Position numbers and translations under genes: made by a program. The notes below the pieces were generated by a model. It had not been told where the DNA came from, searched no databases, and saw only the letters and a program-made list of their open reading frames with translations. Below are positions 20,495 through 30,066 of a stretch of 64,000 nt of DNA, in pieces; positions within the stretch are counted from its first letter, which is position 1, and every line of letters begins with the position of its first letter. This DNA is from a virus. Its lineage: Duplodnaviria > Caudoviricetes. The DNA is taken from positions 1,888 to 65,887 of IMG/VR virus record IMGVR_UViG_3300013212_000097; one strand, written 5' to 3'.

Positions 20495-21625
20495 TTAAAA
20501 TGTGAGAATCTTTATTGACTCATTGATTTCTAAAACTTGTTTTCTAATCTCTTCATCAAAAAAACTATTCTTCAAAATCAATACTGGATTATCATAATTT
20601 TTCAATATACTTGGTGATTTTATTTGAAGATTGGTTCCATACAATCTTTTTTCTTGTTTATTAGGGTCATTGTCTAATAAATATTTAATTTTATTTTGAT
20701 CTAACCCCAATGAAATTAAAAATTGTGATGTCACATGACCACCAAACATAAAAACACCATCGTAATCAGACGAATTATTAAAATCATCAATAAATGATTT
20801 TATGTCTTTGAAATAATCAAGATATAAATTTTTATATTCTAAATATTTAGAAGAATCATATGCAGTATGTTTTGGATCAGTTTTTTCAACACAGTAAAAG
20901 ACATTGTATCCGTCTGCATAATAAGTTTTTTCAACTATTTTAAATCCATGTGATTCAAATAATTTCGATAAAAAATATTCGTCAATATGAAATGTATGCT
21001 CAAAATGCAATGAGTTAGTAATTCTTTTATTGAGAAATAATTCAAAATTTGGCAATGAAAAAATCATATAGCCATTTTCATTCAATCTACTGTGGCAATT
21101 TTTCAAGAATGAATTGACATCTATAACATGTTCAATCAAATGCGAATGAACTACTAAATCATATTTTGTTTCATCTAAATATTGGTCATCAAAAAATGAA
21201 TTAATAATCTTGACATTATCGTTTACATGTTTAGCATGTGGATCAATAATTGTCCATTCTATTTCATTGTTTTTAGACAAGCAGTTATTGGCTAAAATTC
21301 CACTGTAACCACCAATTTCAAGAACTTTCTTTTTATCAAATTTTAGTAAAAAATCAGCCAATGCTTCATGATGTTTTTTCCAAATTTGACCAATTGTTCC
21401 AGGATTATGGCTTTTTAAATAAACAATGCTCAAATCAATCAATGGATTAATTTGAACCATCCCTGTTGATTTACTAATTTGGAAATTTAAATCAATAAAA
21501 ATGTCGTCTTCTTGTGAATTTTCAGATGCACCCATAAAAACAGGAAAGTTCTTTATAGAATATAAAAGTTCTAAATCTTGTGCTCCTGAGATAACATCAT
21601 TGTTTCTTGCGTATGTTATATTCAT
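20495..21625 (-). CDS. Class I SAM methyltransferase, NDP-sugar C-methyltransferase-like
   Basis: VLEIGGYSG, HLIEHV, FEH, LDND..KQ...LYGT. Confidence 0.8.
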   Translation of the reverse strand: MNITYARNNDVISGAQDLELLYSIKNFPVFMGASENSQEDDIFIDLNFQISKSTGMVQINPLIDLSIVYLKSHNPGTIGQIWKKHHEALADFLLKFDKKKVLEIGGYSGILANNCLSKNNEIEWTIIDPHAKHVNDNVKIINSFFDDQYLDETKYDLVVHSHLIEHVIDVNSFLKNCHSRLNENGYMIFSLPNFELFLNKRITNSLHFEHTFHIDEYFLSKLFESHGFKIVEKTYYADGYNVFYCVEKTDPKHTAYDSSKYLEYKNLYLDYFKDIKSFIDDFNNSSDYDGVFMFGGHVTSQFLISLGLDQNKIKYLLDNDPNKQEKRLYGTNLQIKSPSILKNYDNPVLILKNSFFDEEIRKQVLEINESIKILTF

Positions 21626-21628
21626 ATT

Positions 21629-21865
21629 TTAATTACTTATAAAGTAAGGGCATTTTTGGTATCCAGCCCCATCTCGAACCCATCCATTACCCATACAAGA
21701 TTCTTTGCCTTTGCCTTTGCATTCACAAAAACCGATTGGCTTACCATGACGAATAATTATATTTTCAATCTTTGATTGTTCCTCAGGAGTAAGATTTAAG
21801 AATTCAGCCACTGAACCCACTTGAAATCCTGCAGATTCTAATTTATTTTTCTTATCTTCAATCAT
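21629..21865 (-). CDS. Antitoxin-like N-terminal peptide fused to a Cys-rich tail
   Basis: KLESAGFQVGSVAEFLNL followed by CECKG...C.G.G...CP. Confidence 0.55.
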   Translation of the reverse strand: MIEDKKNKLESAGFQVGSVAEFLNLTPEEQSKIENIIIRHGKPIGFCECKGKGKESCMGNGWVRDGAGYQKCPYFISN

Positions 21866-22070
21866 CAGAGTTTACTTTTTGAGCTTTAATAGTCACACGA
21901 TAAGCCACTTTTTCTTCTTCAAAACAATATCTTAATGAATCCAGAAATTCTTTTCTATCATTGTAATAAAGTTTCTAAAGCATTTTTACCATTTCTTTTT
22001 CTGATACTTCTGAATCTTCATCAGCAGTAATATCAATATCAAAAGACAAGTTTAATCTATATTTAGCCAT
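21858..22070 (-). pseudogene. 70-codon ORF interrupted by in-frame TAG at 21975-21977
   Basis: MAKYRLNLSFDIDI...MVKML*KLYYNDRKEF...NSDD*; end overlaps next start. Confidence 0.65.
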
Positions 22071-22084
22071 TTCTGTCCCTAAAA

Positions 22085-22125
22085 TACGTGCGGTTACGTG
22101 CGATTTGCGAGCGATTACGTGCGGT
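22085..22125. repeat. Four ~10-bp tandem repeats
   Basis: TACGTGCGGT, TACGTGCGAT, TGCGAGCGAT, TACGTGCGGT. Confidence 0.8.
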
Positions 22126-22352
22126 TATTCTACTATTTCTCAGTCATCATCTTTCATTATATCATGGAAGATTTCTTGAAATTTATATTGTGCTTCTTGT
22201 GGGCAATCAACATTTCTGAAATAGTACCAGCATAGAGCAGGAGAATATTGTACCCAAAAACCGTTAGATTCAATATACGCACCTGGATCCCATTTAGACA
22301 TACGGATCCTTTTGCCAGATTTAAGTAGAGATAAAGCTTCGATTCCAGTCAT
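22125..22352 (-). CDS. DUF2829/Tad2-like protein with TGA at the conserved terminal Trp
   Basis: EALSLLKSGKRIRMSKW...DDD*EIVE*. Confidence 0.6.
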
Positions 22353-22567
22353 TCCACTACCTCCCAGAAGTCAGACATCAAATCTTTAGGAGTAAGATCT
22401 AGAGATGAGCGATATTGCGTTCTACATACTTCTCCATCTAAGACTTCGTAGAAATCAAAAGTGTTATCTTCCTTGTCGTAGATTAGATAGGCAGTTTTGC
22501 TTTCCCAATTGGTTTTACGCACACGCTTGCCAGCCATTAATGAATCAACTACTTCAGAAAATTTCAT
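22349..22567 (-). CDS. DUF2829/Tad2-like protein
   Basis: MKFSEV...L.AGKRVRKTNW...DLMSDFWEVVE. Confidence 0.7.
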   Translation of the reverse strand: MKFSEVVDSLMAGKRVRKTNWESKTAYLIYDKEDNTFDFYEVLDGEVCRTQYRSSLDLTPKDLMSDFWEVVE

Positions 22568-22582
22568 TCCAGCATCTCCAAA

Positions 22583-22852
22583 TCATTCTTCTTCTACCTT
22601 TTTGTTAGCGTCAACAATATGGTCTGGATCCCAAATATCAATATCCCAATCATTAGCAATTATATCATGGGGGTATAAATCAAGACCTACAGATGCCAAT
22701 TCATATCTTTTTTCAATGTCATCTGGATAATTTACAAACACAAAACAATTGTCATTTTTGTCATAAAAGATATAGTTGTTATTTTCCCAACCAGTTCTTG
22801 AGATTGGTTTACCTTCCATCAAAGCATCAATTACTTCAGTAAATTTCATCAA
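22583..22852 (-). CDS. DUF2829/Tad2-like protein
   Basis: MKFTEVIDALMEGKPISRTGW...DIIANDWDI. Confidence 0.7.
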   Translation of the reverse strand: MMKFTEVIDALMEGKPISRTGWENNNYIFYDKNDNCFVFVNYPDDIEKRYELASVGLDLYPHDIIANDWDIDIWDPDHIVDANKKVEEE

Positions 22853-23074
22853 CTATCTCCCAACTATCTCCCAATCATCTTCTAAAAAATCACCATTATC
22901 AAGACAGTCAAAAAAACTTATATATTCATCAAACTCAGGGTCATCAGGTACAGACTCTGGAATAGTTTTGTTAAAAATAGAAAAATAAGCTTTACATTTA
23001 ACATCTGGGTCCCATGATTCACGTCTCATTGTAAAGCCTTCTTCTAATTTGCTCAATGCTTCTTTGCCTGTCAT
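22853..23074 (-). CDS. DUF2829/Tad2-like protein
   Basis: EALSKLEEGFTMRRESW...DFLEDDWEIV. Confidence 0.65.
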   Translation of the reverse strand: MTGKEALSKLEEGFTMRRESWDPDVKCKAYFSIFNKTIPESVPDDPEFDEYISFFDCLDNGDFLEDDWEIVGR

Positions 23075-23082
23075 TTTTTATT

Positions 23083-23295
23083 TTAAGCTTTTGGCTCAAA
23101 ACTATAAGAAGCATTAGGGTCGAGAATTAATACATCTGCTTTGACCCAAATGTTCTCAGTCACATTTTCATCGCAGAAACAAGACTCAAAATTTTCATCC
23201 AAGATTCTCCATTTTGAAAAGCCTTTTTCATGCTTTTGAATAATGATAAAACCCATTTTCAACTTATATAAAATATCAAAAGAAATATTAAACAT
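23083..23295 (-). CDS. Small hypothetical protein, paralog of 23349..23567
   Basis: Shared G(F/Y)..I...WR...W...LIL..A.Y.F pattern. Confidence 0.55.
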   Translation of the reverse strand: MFNISFDILYKLKMGFIIIQKHEKGFSKWRILDENFESCFCDENVTENIWVKADVLILDPNASYSFEPKA

Positions 23296-23348
23296 TTATT
23301 CCACTATCTCCCATTCATCTTTAAAGATATTAAGTAAAACTCTTATAA

Positions 23349-23567
23349 TCACACTGATTCTTCAAGTTTCTTAAACGTATACTCTGCTTCCATTGGTAAA
23401 ATAAGATATTTAATTGTCATCCAACCAGTGGTGCCTGTTTTATGTTTACATCTGTTTTGCAAATGCCCATCTTTAACTCGCCACACTGTTAACAAATCTT
23501 TTTCTTTAACAATTAAAAAATATCCATCATTAAATTTTTCAATCACATCTGATGGAATAGGTAACAC
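23349..23567 (-). CDS. Small hypothetical protein
   Basis: See paralog 23083..23295. Confidence 0.55.
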   Translation of the reverse strand: MLPIPSDVIEKFNDGYFLIVKEKDLLTVWRVKDGHLQNRCKHKTGTTGWMTIKYLILPMEAEYTFKKLEESV

Positions 23568-23836
23568 TAATCTACCTCGAAGCTTTTTCTAAAAGTTTCT
23601 CTTACATTTTTATCCCAAAGTAATTCAGATGCAAAGCCAATAGTGCCAGAGTCAAAATGAACCCACACTGTTTTGCTATCATCAGACATACTTACTTCAA
23701 TAATATCATCTTTGTCGTATTGAAATTCTTCGCAGAAAATATGGGAAATTTGATGAAGATATTTTCTGAATCTGACAAAACTATAGATACGACCTCTTAC
23801 ATATTCTTCGCCGTAAATTTTTGGATCAGTGTTCAT
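23567..23836 (-). CDS. Hypothetical protein
   Basis: 89 aa, coupled to neighbours. Confidence 0.6.
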   Translation of the reverse strand: MNTDPKIYGEEYVRGRIYSFVRFRKYLHQISHIFCEEFQYDKDDIIEVSMSDDSKTVWVHFDSGTIGFASELLWDKNVRETFRKSFEVD

Positions 23837-24689
23837 TTCTGTCTTTCAAAATCTGCTCTTGCTGATTGTTGACTTCAGCTACGACATCTACAACTTCCCA
23901 ATCATCAGCAATTAAATCTAAATAAATAATCTTGCCATATCTAGCATATTTACCAACACCCCAATCAGCATGCCAACTTTTACGTCTGATTGTTTTACCA
24001 GCATAAAGATCGTCCAATACATCTTTGAAAGTTTTATTAGGAACAATAACCCAATCCTCAGCAAAAAGATCTACGGTTGTTATTGTAGATTCAGCATGGT
24101 CGTATTTTTTTGGAAATAAAGTAAGGCTTGGACTGCCTTCTCTTGAAACCATTTTGCCAGATTCAATCATCTTTATAGCCCAGTTCATATCTCTTTTAAG
24201 CTCGATGTTATTCTCTTTAGCAAAATCATCAAAATTGCTTCCTATATGCTTGTTTTCAATTGCATAAGGTAAATAATCTTCACCTGGGTCTAAGGAATAA
24301 GGAAATTTAGTCTTTACCAATTCACCAGCCTTCCAAGTTTTATTATGATATTGTCTGTAGGTGATGGCATCTATTTCTTTTCCCCATTCTTGAGTTTCAA
24401 AATAGTAAATATAAGTTTTCTTATCTACATAAGCGAAACTGTATTTACGCCAGTGTGTCCCATTAGAACGTGGATCTTCTTCTACCATGCTGTCATTATA
24501 GATATAACAGCCATGTATGAACATCATATCTAAAGCAGCCTGAAAATTATATTCAGCATTTTCAATATTAAAATCATAAAACATGCTTACACACTTAACA
24601 TTCATACCTTTGCCTGTGCGCTTCTCAAACTCACGTATTTTATTGTGATAATAATCTTTTTGACTTTTAGGCGATTTGTCCACGAGCAT
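23826..24689 (-). CDS. Multidomain protein with two C-terminal Tad2-like repeats
   Basis: WAIKMIESGKMVSR...DLFAEDWVI and DVLDDLYAGKTIRRKSW...DLIADDWEVV. Confidence 0.65.
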   Translation of the reverse strand: MLVDKSPKSQKDYYHNKIREFEKRTGKGMNVKCVSMFYDFNIENAEYNFQAALDMMFIHGCYIYNDSMVEEDPRSNGTHWRKYSFAYVDKKTYIYYFETQEWGKEIDAITYRQYHNKTWKAGELVKTKFPYSLDPGEDYLPYAIENKHIGSNFDDFAKENNIELKRDMNWAIKMIESGKMVSREGSPSLTLFPKKYDHAESTITTVDLFAEDWVIVPNKTFKDVLDDLYAGKTIRRKSWHADWGVGKYARYGKIIYLDLIADDWEVVDVVAEVNNQQEQILKDRNEH

Positions 24690-24912
24690 CCTCCAATGCA
24701 GAAATTAATTTATCAAGTTCTTCTTTATCTAAAACAACTAAATCTGAGTAAGCGAATCCATTAAGAAGAATTTTCAATCTTTTCTTCCAATGCAACTTAC
24801 CATCATTAAAACCATAATTCCAAAGTGAAATGTCTACAGTTTTTGATTCTATGTCTGGGCGTACATGCAAAGAATGGCATAAACAGTCGCAGTTGATTAT
24901 AGTTGATTCCAT
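24667..24912 (-). CDS. Hypothetical protein
   Basis: CDCLCH motif; -10-like box just upstream of ATG. Confidence 0.6.
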   Translation of the reverse strand: MESTIINCDCLCHSLHVRPDIESKTVDISLWNYGFNDGKLHWKKRLKILLNGFAYSDLVVLDKEELDKLISALEDARGQIA

Positions 24913-24988
24913 TTTAATATCATACCATAAAAAAATGAACTTGTAAGTATTTCTTACAAGTTCATTAGAATAAAGAAAGAACTATTAT

Positions 24989-27667
24989 CTAAAACAATTT
25001 TACATTAGGGAAGCTTGTCAATACTTCAAATCCCATATTGTCCCAATGACGTTCATCAGCAAAAGGTCTGAAGTTAATCCAATATGAGTTATCTGGTTGC
25101 CAAGTTCTTTGTTCACCAATTTCATTCCATGTGTGATAGATTAAGTGAGTGTAGTTGACATTAATTTCATCAAACGGAAAGTCAACAGGTAATGGAGAAT
25201 CAGCAACTAAATATCCATCTTCTGTTACTACAACTCTGTTCTTCGAAACATATAAATCAAACTTCACTCTTCTGTCTAATCCTTGCCATGTTCTATTCAA
25301 AGGAAAATCTCTTCTGTCAACACTTGGTCTAAAGAAAATTTCACCTTCATATTTACCAGAAACAGCATTCATAGTAGATCTGTATATGATTGCTCCTGAA
25401 CGGTTAGTGGAATAAGTATCCATCAATTTATTTAACGATGCTTTTGATGTTTCTTTAATCCACCAGTTATTAGGATTAAAATCAATGTCATCAATCATCT
25501 TGAATGTTTGAGGAGTCCATTCATATTCAGCCGCACCACCAAATTCAGCAAATCTAATCCAGCCATGTTTAGGAGAATAGTTTGATTCTAAATTAAAAGA
25601 TGGAAATTTATTACCATCAAAAAACTTAGATGATAGCTTGGCATTAACATCATTTCCATTTTGAACAACAGAATTAGTAACAAATGTACCAACCTTATAT
25701 TCAGTGAGATTGTTGATATTTCTAAAAGGAGCTGGGTAAGAATAAATACTACCTCTATCAGCAAACTTTACTGGTACTGAATAAGATTTTCTTGAACCAT
25801 CAGGATTGTAGCCAGTGTCAACATTAATAGTATGAACACCAGCATTTATAGCCCATCTGAATAATTTTCCAGATTTAGTATTCATATCAATTTTGTCTGC
25901 TGCTTTACCAGAATAAACTGTTTCTCCGGCTGGCAATAATAAAACATCACACCATCTTCTTCCAGAGAAGTGTGGGTCAACTTCAAATGTAACGTGTAAT
26001 ACCTTATCTCCAGCAATATTTGCAGATTTCTTTGGAGACATCAGCATGACACCATTACTTAAGTGTGCCCAACCAGGAACAGGTAAAGAAGCACCATCAT
26101 AAATAGTGTCCATAAAGTGAGAACCCATCAAGAACACAGTAGAATGGTTTGTGTCTAAATCATCTAAAAAGAAATTCCATTTATCATTTTCAAACCATTT
26201 CAAAAATAAATCACTTCTGTCCCACCATTGAGAACCTGGACCACCTATTCTGTTTGTTACAATTTCAGGCTTTTGTGGTAATTGAACTATAGGCTGAAAA
26301 TCTCTAAAGTTATCAAAGAAAACTTGTTCTCCAGTTAGTTTTCTTTCAACAGTGATAACTTTGTATGGATTTGATCTTGCTACTACATTAGGTACATTAG
26401 ATGGATCACCATGACCATTAACTGCAGCGTGGATTTCACCATTAGGACCATTTGCGCCAGGACCTATCACTCCATCTATTTTTTGATAAGGACCAAATTT
26501 GTCAAGAGCTTCTACAATAAGATTGTAAGATTGATTTGAAATAAGACCATTCATTTCAATCATGTTAAATCCAGAAGAATATTTGACAGAATTTGGTTTA
26601 CCTTCTACGTAAACTCTATAATCGATAGCACCTGGAACATAATCAAATTTCACTACAACACTATCGTCATTAGGTTCGTAACTAGTAATATTGATAGGAG
26701 TTGATGATAAAACTTTAGGACCAAAAGCAGTGGTAATTTCAACAACTGGACCTAATGTTTCTTGAACTTTAAATTGATCCATGTTAACTGAACCAATTTG
26801 ATATTTGTAAGTTTTACCAGAAACGACATTTGTATCAATGTAATATTGAGACCATAGTCCTGAGCAAACTTTTACTCCATCTCTATAAACATTATAAGCA
26901 CTTGGAGCATCTTGACCCCAAACTTGTTGATCTTGCCATTTAATAAAGTTTCTAGGTCTACCGCTATTCCATTCAGGATTTACAGCATATTTTCCAGGAG
27001 TGGATGGAGGATTTGTTCTCCAGCCAAAGTTGTAATTTGGTGCCCAACTTCCTCTTGCCATACCTAAATTAGATGGTAAAGATTCTAAGCCATATTTATC
27101 AACAGCACTAACTGTATATGTCCATTGATCTTGGAAAATCAATTTATTTACAGTAAAAGAATTAGTATTTGATGTGCCAATCTTATAATCATATCTATAA
27201 ATATTATATGACACTGCATCTGGGCTTGGTTCCCATTGTAAAACATCAAAAGGTCCGCCATCCCAAAACCCAAATGTTCTTAAGTTAGTAGGAGCTTCTG
27301 GATTTTTAGTGGCAAACTTGGGAATTGTAACCTTAACGGGCAGAGATAATTGCAAGTTGCCACTAGGTACTAAACCGCCTACTTGATAAATGTAAGACTT
27401 GTTATTCAATACTGCACGATCAATGTGAATATTTTCATTATTGGTGAGTAAAGTAAGTTGTTTTCCATCTCGGACAATGCGATATCGAGTGCATTTAGGA
27501 ATTAAATTCCACTTCATTACAACGTGAAATTTTGAGTTATTTCCTGTACAAAAACATTGTTCGACATTAGCAGTGAAATTTTTCACTTGCGGTGGCTTTT
27601 GTGCTAAACACAAATTTGCCACAAAAAAGAACAAGATAAATAAAACAATAGCTTTCTTCATTTCCAC
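24989..27667 (-). CDS. Secreted protein with fibronectin type III-like repeats
   Basis: Signal peptide MKKAIVLFILFFFVANLCLA; repeated W...Y.(I/V).RD...Y.Y.V patterns; GGAGG RBS. Confidence 0.75.
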   Translation of the reverse strand: MEMKKAIVLFILFFFVANLCLAQKPPQVKNFTANVEQCFCTGNNSKFHVVMKWNLIPKCTRYRIVRDGKQLTLLTNNENIHIDRAVLNNKSYIYQVGGLVPSGNLQLSLPVKVTIPKFATKNPEAPTNLRTFGFWDGGPFDVLQWEPSPDAVSYNIYRYDYKIGTSNTNSFTVNKLIFQDQWTYTVSAVDKYGLESLPSNLGMARGSWAPNYNFGWRTNPPSTPGKYAVNPEWNSGRPRNFIKWQDQQVWGQDAPSAYNVYRDGVKVCSGLWSQYYIDTNVVSGKTYKYQIGSVNMDQFKVQETLGPVVEITTAFGPKVLSSTPINITSYEPNDDSVVVKFDYVPGAIDYRVYVEGKPNSVKYSSGFNMIEMNGLISNQSYNLIVEALDKFGPYQKIDGVIGPGANGPNGEIHAAVNGHGDPSNVPNVVARSNPYKVITVERKLTGEQVFFDNFRDFQPIVQLPQKPEIVTNRIGGPGSQWWDRSDLFLKWFENDKWNFFLDDLDTNHSTVFLMGSHFMDTIYDGASLPVPGWAHLSNGVMLMSPKKSANIAGDKVLHVTFEVDPHFSGRRWCDVLLLPAGETVYSGKAADKIDMNTKSGKLFRWAINAGVHTINVDTGYNPDGSRKSYSVPVKFADRGSIYSYPAPFRNINNLTEYKVGTFVTNSVVQNGNDVNAKLSSKFFDGNKFPSFNLESNYSPKHGWIRFAEFGGAAEYEWTPQTFKMIDDIDFNPNNWWIKETSKASLNKLMDTYSTNRSGAIIYRSTMNAVSGKYEGEIFFRPSVDRRDFPLNRTWQGLDRRVKFDLYVSKNRVVVTEDGYLVADSPLPVDFPFDEINVNYTHLIYHTWNEIGEQRTWQPDNSYWINFRPFADERHWDNMGFEVLTSFPNVKLF

Positions 27668-27732
27668 ACCTCCCCAGGTTATTTTTTTTGAATGTGAGCT
27701 ATTGTTTTATTCTTGATTTAATGGGTTCCTAC

Positions 27733-27963
27733 TTAAAGATGAGATTCAAAGTCATCATCAATAACATCCCAAGCGTATCCCGAGTTATCTAAAATATGAA
27801 GATTATTCTTAATATATTCATTAAAGTCAGGGTAATATAAATTTTCTAAAGAATCATAAATACTATTCTCTTTTAAGTAAATATAATAATCTTTTGTCCA
27901 TGATTTCATCTGGATTTTATAGCCAGCTTTTAAAAATACTAATATTCTTGAAAATAAAAACAT
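27733..27963 (-). CDS. Divergent DUF2829/Tad2-like protein
   Basis: FSRIL..LKAGYKIQMKSW...WDVID. Confidence 0.5.
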   Translation of the reverse strand: MFLFSRILVFLKAGYKIQMKSWTKDYYIYLKENSIYDSLENLYYPDFNEYIKNNLHILDNSGYAWDVIDDDFESHL

Positions 27964-28012
27964 TTTATTTTATTTTTCCCAATACAAATACACACATTGT
28001 ATACCTCGATAA

Positions 28013-28273
28013 TTAATATGATAAATGAGCGGTAGCAATTCCATTTGGAATTTTAGAAACAGAACCTACCCATTCTGTTCCTTCAAATGATAATGGAAAA
28101 TAAACTCTATTTTTTGTCCACACTGTAAATGGAGCTCCTTCGATAACATTAGAATCATTATCAAAATAATAATCTAACCATTTACCATCAGATGGAGCCA
28201 TCATAACAATATTTTTCCATGAGTCATTTTGAATTTGAAATTCTTCTTCTAATAATTTTCTCCAAGTAGTCAT
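28013..28273 (-). CDS. Hypothetical phage protein
   Basis: EG.PFTVWT..RVYFP...EG..WVGSV. Confidence 0.7.
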   Translation of the reverse strand: MTTWRKLLEEEFQIQNDSWKNIVMMAPSDGKWLDYYFDNDSNVIEGAPFTVWTKNRVYFPLSFEGTEWVGSVSKIPNGIATAHLSY

Positions 28274-28302
28274 AATATCTCCATATATATTTTACCGAAT
28301 GT

Positions 28303-29475
28303 ATGTATAAAAATTCTATGATCCTTTTTGTCAATGTAAAAATCACTAACATCAGAATACACAAATTAATGGGTTGGAATTTAAGAAAATGTGATTGGAT
28401 GCCAGAAGATGATCGGTTAGACACATTTAAATATGCATTGGCAAGTCTGAATGAATTAAGTAGTTTGTTTAGTAAAATTTATATTTTTGCATCTTTAGAA
28501 GATGATTTCAAAGATAGAAAAGATGAATTTAAATCTTTTTGCAAAAAAACTTTTGCAGAAAATATGGACAAAGTCTTCATAGGAGATAGAAGAATTAATT
28601 CTATATCAGACTGGAGAGAAATTTATCCTCAAATATTTCATGATGAAAAAGAAGTGATTCTTTTTGTAGGAAATGATGATCATATTTTTTTAGATAGTAA
28701 TCTGGAAACAATGAAGGGTCTTGAAAGACAATTGAAAAATGATCCAGACCCGATGGCGTTTTCTATCTATGCACATTACCCTGAGTGTAGCAGATTTATG
28801 ATGCTAAATAATGCAGTATCCACTGATGATCCAAACATCATGAAAGCTAAACTTTCAAGTAATGATTTTTCATTTCAAATGTTTAAAGCTGCAAGACTTA
28901 AAACCACAATATTTGAAATTGATTTTCCAATAAATGCAAGAGCACACAGATTTGATGAAGTAAGCTCTGAAATTACAAACAGTCCAATAGGTCATAAATA
29001 CAAATCAACTTGTTATTATCCTCTCAAGGAACAATTTAGACATTATGATGGATATGGTCATGTTGGTTATTTCAATAACAATTTTCCAGCGTTAAATATC
29101 CCTATTGGATTTTTTGAAAATAACATAAAAATTAAATATGGATATAGACAAAGAGTGCAAAACTACACAAATATAAATCCTAAAGCACCATTTTTATATG
29201 CTCATGATAAAAAAGGAACAGATTACAGATTTTATATTGGACCAAACAATGATTTGTCAGATATTCCAATGGTTTTCAAATCAAGAATCAGTGAAATAGA
29301 TTATAATCCAGAGTTAAACTTTGATGAATTGAAAAAATACAGGAATAAAAATTTCATAAAATTAACAAGATGTAAAATATTTTGTAAAATTCTTGGAAAA
29401 TTTATTCCTGGTGTTTATGAAAATGATTATGAAAATGTCATTCCTTTAGAGAATCTGCAGCATTTACTTCTATAG
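28303..29475 (+). CDS. Hypothetical protein, possibly glycosyltransferase-like
   Basis: 390 aa; GNDDHIF, RHYDGYGH. Confidence 0.45.
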   Translation: MYKNSMILFVNVKITNIRIHKLMGWNLRKCDWMPEDDRLDTFKYALASLNELSSLFSKIYIFASLEDDFKDRKDEFKSFCKKTFAENMDKVFIGDRRINSISDWREIYPQIFHDEKEVILFVGNDDHIFLDSNLETMKGLERQLKNDPDPMAFSIYAHYPECSRFMMLNNAVSTDDPNIMKAKLSSNDFSFQMFKAARLKTTIFEIDFPINARAHRFDEVSSEITNSPIGHKYKSTCYYPLKEQFRHYDGYGHVGYFNNNFPALNIPIGFFENNIKIKYGYRQRVQNYTNINPKAPFLYAHDKKGTDYRFYIGPNNDLSDIPMVFKSRISEIDYNPELNFDELKKYRNKNFIKLTRCKIFCKILGKFIPGVYENDYENVIPLENLQHLLL

Positions 29476-30066
29476 TTTCAAAGAAGTGAAATCAAATGAC
29501 ATGCCATTCCAATATGAATTTCTAAATTCTTGTATGGAATCATAATATTCAAATCTATCATCAAATTGAAAAATCACTGGATCGTAGCCAAGTTCAACCA
29601 ATACTTTATTAAAAAGTAATCTGCCAGTTCGACCATTGCCATCTATAAAAGGATGCACCACTTCAAACATATGATGCGATGCCCATGCAATATTATAGGC
29701 AGATTTCTTGTCCTGACATGAATCCATCCATTTTCTAGTACATTCATACCATTGCATCATTAAAGAAGGCAATAATACAAATTTAGGACACATATCTATG
29801 CCTATCCAAACAGATGTTGTTCTGTATTGCCCACTCATATTACAATCTTCAAAAAATGGAATACCTTTTGTCAAAAGTCTATGAACATCTAAAGGGGTGG
29901 ATTCTTTCAATTCAAAATCACTAGACAATGCAAAATTCAATGCACTCATATGATTTTCAAACATGGGGCAGCCACTAGAATTTCCTAGATACCCAGGTTG
30001 AGGATCTATACGGTTGCTCTCACTTACAAAAAGCTCTTTCCAATTTAAAAACTCAGGATTATTCAT
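29470..30066 (-). CDS. Fic-domain protein
   Basis: Canonical HPFIDGNGRTGR. Confidence 0.93.
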   Translation of the reverse strand: MNNPEFLNWKELFVSESNRIDPQPGYLGNSSGCPMFENHMSALNFALSSDFELKESTPLDVHRLLTKGIPFFEDCNMSGQYRTTSVWIGIDMCPKFVLLPSLMMQWYECTRKWMDSCQDKKSAYNIAWASHHMFEVVHPFIDGNGRTGRLLFNKVLVELGYDPVIFQFDDRFEYYDSIQEFRNSYWNGMSFDFTSLKL

